Shown here one piece after another: positions 50,565 through 57,641 of a stretch of DNA of 64,000 nucleotides; position 1 is the stretch's first letter, and every line of letters starts with the position of its first letter. The notes below the pieces were generated by a model. That model was not told the DNA's origin, did not search any database, and worked only from the letters and a program-made list of their open reading frames with translations. The position numbers and the translations under genes were made by a program. Source of the stretch: Bacteroidota bacterium (lineage in GTDB: Bacteria > Bacteroidota > Bacteroidia > UBA8524); the NCBI GenBank assembly GCA_008933805.1, contig WBUH01000002.1:27443-91442 (forward strand), read 5' to 3'.

Positions 50565-50662
50565 ACTTTTGGGTGGGACACTTGGGACACTCGTTTTTAA
50601 ATTCTATCAAATTGATTTTAAATTGTTTATGTGTTGTAAAGTTGTCCCATTTACGTGGGACA
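50565..50662. promoter_or_regulatory. Cluster of GGGACA direct repeats and a TGTCCCA-N6-TGGGACA palindrome (candidate operator)
   Basis: gggtgggacacttgggacac at 50561-50580. tgtcccatttacgtgggacaaagtgggaca at 50633-50662. A further copy, tttgggacacc, sits at 52443-52453 at the edge of repeat copy B. Confidence 0.45.
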
Positions 50663-50872
50663 AAGTGGGACAGTTGTATGGCCCAGTTACGGTGTTATTT
50701 AGTTACGCGGTTATCGTGTTATTTTTGTTACGCACCGCGCAGGGGCTTGCGAAGTTCTACAAAGCAAAGGCAGTTTCAGGAGGTCAAAGAACTAGGCTGG
50801 ATAGTTTGTAATTGGAAACGGGTATAAATGAAGACTGGGCTTGCTCAAAAGTAAGGGGTTGAAAACTCTACT

Positions 50873-50926
50873 GTTACAATTACCTTTTTATGAAGGACTT
50901 AAGTCCTTCACAAAAAGGTAATTACA
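50873..50926. repeat. Family-2 hairpin element (TTACAA-stem-GACTTAAGTC-stem-TTGTAA)
   Basis: ttacaattacctttttatgaag GACTTAAGTC cttcacaaaaaggtaattacaa. Confidence 0.7.
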
Positions 50927-50986
50927 AAAGCGATAGGTTTTAACCTGTCGGGTTAGAAAAACACCGCAACACTCATATTTGATGCA

Positions 50987-51280
50987 CCCCGCTCCCATAA
51001 GTCTCTCCAGCAAACTGTGCAACAGCGACTTGTAAAAGCAAAAATACATCCTTTGTTAGGAAGGTAGCAACTATCAACGGCCATGTGCGCGGCTCCCCTC
51101 CTTGTGGAGGCTGAGCAAAGGACAAGGAGGGGTTGGGGGAGGTAGCATTAAACACAGCTTACCCCGCTCTCCCAAGTCTCTGCCTTCGGCTATGCAATAG
51201 GGGCTTGTAAGCCAAAGTTAAAATAAGCTTGTAACGTATTATTCACTTATAAAGTTGCAGTTTTATACGCAGGTGATAAT
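50987..51280. repeat. Composite repeat copy A: U1-U2-U1'-T
   Basis: Aligned by eye to copies B, C and D. U1 is ccccgctcccataagtctctccagcaaactgtgcaacagcgacttgtaa. U2 is the ~125-bp GC-rich unit containing ggccatgtgcgcggctcccctccttgtggaggctgagcaaagga(a/c)aaggaggggttgggggagg. The T tail is gccaaag(t/a)taaaataag(c/t)ttgtaacgtatt.... Confidence 0.8.
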
Positions 51281-51408
51281 TGAAATACTACCAGTTATCC
51301 AGCCCACTGTAGTAACGGTTACAAATACAGCCCATGTTTGTTGTGAAATTTGTAGGCACGGCTCATACTTCAAATTCCTTTCTCTATGTTACATACTTAG
51401 GCTATTTG

Positions 51409-51453
51409 CCCTCACAAGTCCCTGCCACTACAAGCCAAGCTACTGACTTGCGA
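51409..51453. repeat. Degenerate U1-like copy overlapping the 3' end of small ORF X1
   Basis: ccctcacaagtccctgccactacaagccaagctactgacttgcga compared with the U1 consensus. Confidence 0.5.
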
Positions 51454-51765
51454 GAGCGGCTTATTGTAAAAATTATTGGACTCTGCACCTCTAAAAACAA
51501 ACATCATTAGAATAATATTAATTGCAATTAAAAAATTCAAAATACTGATTATATAAGACCAGTTTCTACTCTTAACAACAACAAAACTTAAAAAACTAGT
51601 AATTACCATCCAAAGGGTAAATCCAATAAAATAAATTGCATCTCCTAAACCATAACCAAGATTGTAGTCAAAGAAACTAAAACTAATAAAGAAAAGACTA
51701 TATACTACAGCATAAAAAAAGAATGTTTTCTTCTTTATGTCTTTAATAATATCAGATTTTATCAT
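51412..51765 (-). CDS. Hypothetical small polytopic membrane protein (X1), AT-rich
   Basis: 117 aa, 3-4 hydrophobic segments, very AT-rich codons, no recognisable family. The 3' end overlaps the degenerate U1 repeat, so the true stop or extent is uncertain. Confidence 0.4.
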   Translation of the reverse strand: MIKSDIIKDIKKKTFFFYAVVYSLFFISFSFFDYNLGYGLGDAIYFIGFTLWMVITSFLSFVVVKSRNWSYIISILNFLIAINIILMMFVFRGAESNNFYNKPLSQVSSLACSGRDL

Positions 51766-51984
51766 TTTTTTGAGAGATTACTAATTTAGTTAAATAACCA
51801 TTGTCAGTTGTTTTTTAATTAATTCTGGATGATCAACATCAAATGAATATACATCTAACCACCAAATCCATTTATATAAGAATCAGACAGATCAATTAAT
51901 GTAGTTGTACGTAAATATTTGCCATCATCCCCATGACAATTAAATTCGGCCTGCTAATCCTCCTTGAACGCCGTCAATATTGTT

Positions 51985-52453
51985 CCACCCGTTCTCGTAA
52001 GTCTGTCGTAGGCAATGCACGGCAGGAACTTGTAAGAACAAAAATACATCCTTTGTTAGGAAGGTAGCAACTACAAACGGCCATGTGCGCGGCTCTCCTC
52101 CTTGTAGAGGTTGCGCAAAGGAAAAGGAGGGGTTGGGGGAGGTCGCAAAAACAAGGATCACCCCATTCTCCCAAGCCTCTACCGCAAACTGTGCAACAGC
52201 GACTTGTGAGAACAAAAATACATCCTTTGTTAGGAAGGTAGCAACTATCAACGGCCATGTGCGCGGCTCCCCTCCTTGTGGAGGCTGAGCAAAGGAAAAG
52301 GAGGGGTTGGGGGAGGTCGCAAAAACACGGCTCACCCCGTTCTCTCAAGTCCCCACCGCAAACTGTGCAACAGCGACTTGTAAGCCAAAGATAAAATAAG
52401 TTTGTAACGTATTCTTCACTTATAAAGTTGCAGTTTCATACGAAGGGGATAAT
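51985..52453. repeat. Composite repeat copy B: U1''-U2-U1-U2-U1-T (2.3 tandem units of ~175 bp)
   Basis: Two near-identical U2 units (52036-52161 and 52210-52336) separated by U1 copies. The T tail at 52384-52453 ends in tttgggacacc. Confidence 0.85.
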
Positions 52454-52470
52454 TTGGGACACCATCTGAA

Positions 52471-53091
52471 CTACCGATATAATCCCAAAAGATTTAATAA
52501 CGATGTTGCAAAAGATTTAAATTGTTTTTCAAAAAAAACAAACAGCTTTTCGTATTTGAAATAGTATATAAGCGATAACACAAATATTAATAAAATATAC
52601 AGTCGGTAGAAAAAAGTTCCTTTGTAAGGTAAATCAAACAACAAAGCTCCAAGAATAAAAATTGATGAAAAAACACCAAAAAAGAAACAAGAATAATTAA
52701 AGATAGATTGAGTGATTTCCAAATAAAAAGAATTTTCCTGCTCGAACTGGTCTTTTGAGTATTTTTTTAAAAGTAACATACAATAATAGCTTTTAAACCT
52801 TCTTTTAGTTTCAAAATAACATTTTGACATAATAGCTAAACAGAATGACATTTCTTTATAATCAAACTGTTCCGCTAATAGCATTAGTCGTCTGCTATTT
52901 GTACAATACTCCAATGCTTTTTGATACTTACATTTTTTATAATAGCTAAAACCCAAAATATTCAGCATATCAACCCTCTGCAATAAATTGACTCGCTGAG
53001 AGACCTCCATTTTTGAAACTGAATTAATTATTGCATCATACTCCTTATTCTCAAAATTTTCTATTATAGTTTCGAAGAGGTTCAATTTCAT
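52471..53091 (-). CDS. Hypothetical protein (X2): soluble alpha-helical N-domain plus two C-terminal TM helices, AT-rich
   Basis: 206 aa, no recognisable family. The start lies ~38 nt downstream (gene strand) of the reverse complement of repeat copy C. Confidence 0.4.
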   Translation of the reverse strand: MKLNLFETIIENFENKEYDAIINSVSKMEVSQRVNLLQRVDMLNILGFSYYKKCKYQKALEYCTNSRRLMLLAEQFDYKEMSFCLAIMSKCYFETKRRFKSYYCMLLLKKYSKDQFEQENSFYLEITQSIFNYSCFFFGVFSSIFILGALLFDLPYKGTFFYRLYILLIFVLSLIYYFKYEKLFVFFEKQFKSFATSLLNLLGLYR

Positions 53092-53129
53092 AACTATTTA
53101 TTTGATTTTCGTACCAACTGGTAAAATAG

Positions 53130-53250
53130 CCCCTGCTCCCATAAGTCTCTCCAGCAAGCTGTGCAACAGCTACTTGTAAGCCAAAGATAAAATAAGTTTG
53201 TAACGTATTCTTCTCAGCTAAAGTAACGGTTTATACGCTGAGGATAACCT
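53130..53250. repeat. Composite repeat copy C: U1-T (no U2)
   Basis: cccctgctcccataagtctctccagcaagctgtgcaacagctacttgtaa followed by gccaaagataaaataagtttgtaacgtattcttc.... Confidence 0.8.
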
Positions 53251-53310
53251 TGAACACATCTCTTAAACAAAACACATTGTATGTTTACATTCGATTTCAT
53301 TTCCTTTGAA

Positions 53311-53691
53311 TTAATTTGGATGATAGAATGTGAATTTATAAATCTCGTTTTTTGCTTTGATAACAAATAAAGTGTCAGAAAACGCGGGTTTGTAAACACT
53401 ATCATTTGGCTGTGCCAAATCATCAAAAAAAACACTTTTCCCATTTGTAGAGACAACATATGGATGAAAATAATACTTCGTAACACTATTTTTTAAAGAT
53501 ATTACTTGCATTTTTTCTCGATACTCAATATAGGAGATTAGTCCACTTAATTCTGTTGAATCAAAAAAATCAAAATGTTTTTTTAGTCTTCGGTTATTAA
53601 GATTGTTTACCAACAGATATCCCATTATTAAACAAAAAATAATCAGGGCTTTAACTTTAAATTTTTTTTCTTTTGTTCTTATTAAAATCAT
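53311..53691 (-). CDS. Hypothetical N-terminally membrane-anchored small protein (X3), AT-rich
   Basis: 126 aa. The N-terminal KALIIFCLIMGYLLV is a TM anchor, followed by a ~90-aa soluble domain. No recognisable family. Confidence 0.4.
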   Translation of the reverse strand: MILIRTKEKKFKVKALIIFCLIMGYLLVNNLNNRRLKKHFDFFDSTELSGLISYIEYREKMQVISLKNSVTKYYFHPYVVSTNGKSVFFDDLAQPNDSVYKPAFSDTLFVIKAKNEIYKFTFYHPN

Positions 53692-53712
53692 GTATTAAAA
53701 ACGCATTGGAAA

Positions 53713-53790
53713 CTCCCCAACTCCCACAAGCCTCTCCCGTAAATTGTAAAGCAGGGGCTTGTGCGTGGGAGATAAAATTGGGTTAAAGCT
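53713..53790. repeat. Degenerate repeat copy D (U1'-like plus T-like), immediately 5' of X3 on the gene strand
   Basis: ccccaactcccacaagcctctcccgtaaattgtaaagcaggggcttgtg, then cgtgggagataaaattgggttaaagc (compare T: aagccaaagataaaataagtttgtaacg). Confidence 0.55.
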
Positions 53791-53801
53791 ATATTATGTT
53801 C

Positions 53802-55766
53802 TTACTCCCTCACAAACTTAGTAACACCCTTGTACCCGTTGCCTTGCACTTGAATAAAGTAAATACCTGCGGGCAAATCAGCGATAGGTAACGTATTAGT
53901 ACCATTTTCAATGGCAAAGGTACGTACCACTTGTCCCACAAGGTTCATAAGGCTGCCCTTAAGAGCAGGGCCGTTAAAGCCGGCGGGAGCAATGGTAAGT
54001 TCAGTTGTAGCAGGGTTGGGGTACACAGCCAGTTGCAAGTTCGTTTCAGCCAATTGGTCTATCCCCGCGGGGAAGGTAATATCCGTACTGTCAAACATCC
54101 CTTGGCTCAAATTATAATACGTACCCGATGGAGTAGTCTCCTTTTTCACCGCACGCACCATATATACGTTGTGGCCTTGCAAAGGGTCATTGTCAACAAA
54201 GCTAGTACCGTTTACCAACGTAAGATTGACCTTCACATACTTGCCGTACAAATGCGGGGCGCGGTACACGTGGTAGCCCACCACATTAGCATCGGTAGAG
54301 GCCGTCCAGCTTACCGTTACCTTTTTTGTACCCGTTTCAACAGCGTCAATAGTAGTAGGGGCTAACGCTACGTGCATACGCAGGGTAGGGTCGCCCATCA
54401 GCGCAATGTGTATCAAGCGTTGCGAGCCGTTAAAGTTTCCTTCATACAATGTGCCGTTTTCGTTTTGGGTAAGTCGCGCACCGTATCCGATACATTCGCC
54501 CAATGCCATGTGGTGCAATGCCCAGTTGGGAATACCGCCCCAAAAACTTGCCAGTATCGAAGGTTTTGAAGCCAATGCAGCACGCAACAAAGCATCTTGG
54601 ATGTCCCAATCGCCAAAATAACTGCCTGCCAGCGAGGTGAAAATGGTTTTAATGCTATCCGCAGCAAACTGTGCGGTGTTGATTACTCCGCCGCAAGACG
54701 AGTACCAACCGCCGCCGCAAGCCCCGCTCCATAAATACCAGTCTTTTTTCAAATCAGCATTGTAGTCAACGCCGTTGTTCACATTGTCTACAATGTTTGC
54801 AGAGCCCACCATGGGCGCAAAGTTTCGCCAGTTTGACGAAGCAATTGTAAACGATTGAAAATTATCGTCAATCAACGCCCTTGCAGGGGCAGTAAGCTGT
54901 CCAATGCGGTAGCTGTGGTTTTTTTGCAGGTAGTAACGCAGCAACGCCGTATCACTTTGTCCCGCAAAAGCAGGCAAGCGAGAAAGGTCAACGCGGCCTA
55001 CCATTAAATCCACATCGCTATCAAACTGGCTGGCATCAAACTTACCATCACCGGGTTGGTTTTTATTCTCAGCCCTTGATGCCGACGAAGTACTTACAAT
55101 ATTATCCGTCCACAAACCATCTACATCACCGTAATACCCGTCGCAAGGCCAAGCCCCCGAATGGTCGGGGTGTCCGTCAGGGTATATACTCCCTGAATAG
55201 GGGACAGGTACTCTTCCCAACAGAAACACGGCTTTCACATTAGGTACAGTCTTTATTTTATCCCTAACCGCCGTAACTGCATCGGTACGTTCAGTGATAA
55301 TGCGTTGCACTTGCCAGCCGTCACCAATCAAATCTTTTTCAAGCATGGCAATTTCGGTGGCCAGCGGTTGCAAATAATTATTATCAATCACAAGCGCAAG
55401 CGTGCCGTGCTGTTCTTCGACAGCATGGTTTATACCGGCATACACACTGCCCAGTGCGCCCGTGCTTCCGCCTTCTTTAAATACCAAATACTCGTAGGCT
55501 TGACCCACGGTAACCGCATTATCGGTATAAGTACTGTCGCCCGTGCCAAGGTTAGCATACACATTGCCCCAGTCCTTATCTTCCTTCGCTTTTCTAAACA
55601 CCCGTATGCGGGTAGCATCAGTAAACTTTGGAAATTTAAGGGTAATAGCAGCCGGACTTTCGCTTACCGTTGCCGTAACCAACACCGAACGGTTTTTATT
55701 GAATTGTGCCGTTACAGCCGTTGAAACAAGAAATAGAAGTGAGGTAACGAGTAGAGTTTTTTTCAT
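53802..55766 (-). CDS. T9SS C-terminal-sorting-domain secreted protein of unknown function (possibly a cysteine-peptidase-like or adhesin-like cargo)
   Basis: Start trimmed to MKKTLLVTSLLFLVSTAVTAQ (signal peptide). The track's N-terminal extension to 55946 runs into the hairpin cluster. The C-terminus is LAVYPNPATTELTI...GIYFIQVQGNGYKGVTKFVRE, a type-A T9SS sorting domain. The Cys-containing central region is unassigned. Confidence 0.55.
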   Translation of the reverse strand: MKKTLLVTSLLFLVSTAVTAQFNKNRSVLVTATVSESPAAITLKFPKFTDATRIRVFRKAKEDKDWGNVYANLGTGDSTYTDNAVTVGQAYEYLVFKEGGSTGALGSVYAGINHAVEEQHGTLALVIDNNYLQPLATEIAMLEKDLIGDGWQVQRIITERTDAVTAVRDKIKTVPNVKAVFLLGRVPVPYSGSIYPDGHPDHSGAWPCDGYYGDVDGLWTDNIVSTSSASRAENKNQPGDGKFDASQFDSDVDLMVGRVDLSRLPAFAGQSDTALLRYYLQKNHSYRIGQLTAPARALIDDNFQSFTIASSNWRNFAPMVGSANIVDNVNNGVDYNADLKKDWYLWSGACGGGWYSSCGGVINTAQFAADSIKTIFTSLAGSYFGDWDIQDALLRAALASKPSILASFWGGIPNWALHHMALGECIGYGARLTQNENGTLYEGNFNGSQRLIHIALMGDPTLRMHVALAPTTIDAVETGTKKVTVSWTASTDANVVGYHVYRAPHLYGKYVKVNLTLVNGTSFVDNDPLQGHNVYMVRAVKKETTPSGTYYNLSQGMFDSTDITFPAGIDQLAETNLQLAVYPNPATTELTIAPAGFNGPALKGSLMNLVGQVVRTFAIENGTNTLPIADLPAGIYFIQVQGNGYKGVTKFVRE

Positions 55767-55844
55767 CAATTGTATAATTGGCTTTAAGAAGCAAGTTATA
55801 TAATTTAGAATAAAAACGGTGTGGCAAACATCATCAACGCAATA

Positions 55845-56181
55845 GCAGCAGGTTTTATACCTGCTGTGATGTGAGGATACAACAGCGACGGGTTTTACAC
55901 CCGTCGGCAAGAATGGTTTCATACCCTTTGCAAAACGGGTTCTCAATAGCGACGGGTTTCATACCCGTCGTAATAGGTAGGATAACAACGATGGGTTTTA
56001 CACCCATCGGTCAGAAAAGGTTTCATTCCCGCCATTAATACCCTGAATATAAAATTCAGGTCTTTTATGTGTAACGTTCCGAATGGTCTTAAACCATTCG
56101 GAACGAATCATTGCAAAACAGCGACGGGTTTTATACCCGTCGTAATAGGAGGGATAATAACGATGGGTTTTATACCCATCG
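55845..56181. repeat. Cluster of 8 family-1 hairpin repeats (GG-TTTYAHA-CC loop core with covarying stems), BIME-like
   Basis: gcagcaggttttatacctgctg. cgacgggttttacacccgtcg. cgacgggtttcatacccgtcg. cgatgggttttacacccatcg. ctgaatataaaattcag. cgttccgaatggtcttaaaccattcggaacg. cgacgggttttatacccgtcg. cgatgggttttatacccatcg. A ~55-bp doublet (gacggg hairpin, taatagg-gggataa spacer, gatggg hairpin) occurs twice. Confidence 0.85.
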
Positions 56182-56205
56182 ACCAAAATAAGGTTTCAAA
56201 CAGCC

Positions 56206-56805
56206 CTACTCCTGACTAGCCAGTATCTTTTGTATGTAAGTAAGCACCTCATCCTTACCTGTTTTCTTCTCAGCCGAAGTAATAAAATAAGGAGGCAGGG
56301 TTTCCCAAACCGTTAGCAGTTCATCCAAAAAAGCAGTAGTGTTGCGTTGCAACTCGCTTGGCTTTAGTTTATCAGCTTTTGTAAAAACAATGCTCAAAGG
56401 CAACCCGTTTTCACCCAGCCAGTTTACAAACTCAATATCAATTTTTTGGGGCGGCAGGCGGCAATCAATCAGCACAAATACATTGCACAAGGGCTCACGT
56501 TTTAGCATATACGAGCTAATCATACCTTCCCATTTTTCGCGCAATGTTTTTGATACCTTGGCATAACCGTAGCCGGGCAAATCCACCAAATACCAATAAT
56601 CGTCAATCAAAAAGTGATTGATGGTTTGGGTTTTTCCGGGGGTAGCAGATGTTTTTGCCAGTTTGGCCTGTCCCGTCAGCATATTAATTAGTGAGGATTT
56701 ACCCACGTTTGAGCGGCCGATAAAAGCCATTTCGGGTAATTGCGTATTGGGGAGTTTACTTATCTCTGCAAAACTGCTTATAAACTTAGCACTTGTGATA
56801 TTCAT
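56206..56805 (-). CDS. engB: Ribosome biogenesis GTP-binding protein YsxC/EngB
   Basis: 199 aa. P-loop GRSNVGKSSLIN. G3 DLPGYG. G4 TKADK. Confidence 0.85.
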   Translation of the reverse strand: MNITSAKFISSFAEISKLPNTQLPEMAFIGRSNVGKSSLINMLTGQAKLAKTSATPGKTQTINHFLIDDYWYLVDLPGYGYAKVSKTLREKWEGMISSYMLKREPLCNVFVLIDCRLPPQKIDIEFVNWLGENGLPLSIVFTKADKLKPSELQRNTTAFLDELLTVWETLPPYFITSAEKKTGKDEVLTYIQKILASQE

Positions 56806-56912
56806 TACTTTTGGCCTCTATTTTGCTACCTTTGCAAACCTAAAACAAATTGTAATGTTTAGCATACATATAATTATATAGCAAGCACATTACAAACAAC
56901 CCAAGTACACCA

Positions 56913-57641
56913 TTGGAAACCGTAACCCCTTATAAAGACTCAGAACTGGGCAAGAAGCAGCAGGTAGAAAAGATGTTTGACAGCATTGCCCACCGCTACG
57001 ATTTTTTGAATCATTTTCTTTCGATGGGTATTGATAAAGGCTGGAGGCGCAAAGCCATCAACCTGCTAAAACCCATTAAACCCCAAAGCGTATTGGATAT
57101 AGCCACCGGAACCGGTGACATTGCTTTTGAGGTGAACAAACGATTGAACCCGCAAACACTGGTAGGTCTTGACTTATCAGAGGGTATGCTGAGCTTTGCC
57201 CGCGAAAAAGCCCAAAAGCGTAATTTGCAGGATAAAATCAGTTTTGTGAAGGGCGATAGCGAAAATCTTGAGTTTGCAGACAATAGTTTTGATGCTGTAA
57301 TCGTTGCTTTTGGTGTAAGGAACTTTGAAAACCTTCAAAAAGGACTATCCGAAATTTTCAGGGTGTTGAAACCCGGAGGCAAATTGGTGGTGCTTGAATT
57401 TTCTAAACCTAAAAAAACACCCATTAAGCAACTGTATAATTTTTACTTTAGCAATATCTTGCCCCTGTGGGGAAAGATGATTTCAAAAGACCAGAGTGCA
57501 TATACATACCTTCCGCAATCAGTAATGGCATTTCCTGAAGGGGATGCGTTTTGCGGGATTATGAAAAGCACCGGTTTTAATACAGTTGAACAGAAAACAT
57601 TAACCTTCGGCATTTGTACGGTTTACTCAGGCATACGATAA
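56913..57641 (+). CDS. ubiE: Demethylmenaquinone/ubiquinone C-methyltransferase
   Basis: 242 aa. [25 protein letters not shown] is the UbiE signature N-terminus. SAM motif LDIATGTGD. Confidence 0.85.
   Translation: METVTPYKDSELGKKQQVEKMFDSIAHRYDFLNHFLSMGIDKGWRRKAINLLKPIKPQSVLDIATGTGDIAFEVNKRLNPQTLVGLDLSEGMLSFAREKAQKRNLQDKISFVKGDSENLEFADNSFDAVIVAFGVRNFENLQKGLSEIFRVLKPGGKLVVLEFSKPKKTPIKQLYNFYFSNILPLWGKMISKDQSAYTYLPQSVMAFPEGDAFCGIMKSTGFNTVEQKTLTFGICTVYSGIR

Noticed and set aside
50569-50827. Two overlapping plus-strand ORFs (80 and 84 aa) over the GGGACA repeat region.
   Set aside because: They are in different frames over the same DNA, their composition is driven by the DNA repeats, and they have no RBS or promoter context. 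They are more plausibly non-coding regulatory DNA.
51940-52348. Track ORFs 51940-52335 (-), 51974-52348 (-) and 52085-52288 (+) inside repeat copy B, and similarly 50973-51155 (-) inside copy A.
   Set aside because: Their translations are internally repeated (for example SPNPSFSFAQP..GGEPRTWP twice) because they read through tandem U1/U2 DNA repeats. They lie in three different frames over the same DNA with no start context. They are repeat artefacts, not genes.
50987-52453. Possible CRISPR array: ~48-bp U1 copies separated by ~125-bp intervening sequence.
   Set aside because: The would-be spacers (U2) are nearly identical to each other rather than unique. The repeats are not evenly spaced. 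No cas genes are present. This is a tandem 175-bp repeat, not CRISPR.
50470-53800. Calling the island a bona fide integron.
   Set aside because: No intI-like tyrosine recombinase, Pc promoter or attI is visible in the window. I cannot verify R''/L''/L'/R' attC structure by eye: the GTTRRRY/RYYYAAC cores are not evident at the repeat ends. I keep it only as an architecture analogy in the findings.
55767-55946. N-terminal 60-codon extension of the T9SS cargo ORF (MRTRFAKGMKPF...).
   Set aside because: It overlaps the first hairpin of the REP-like cluster and precedes a perfectly good signal peptide beginning at MKKTLLVTSLLF, so it is probably not translated.
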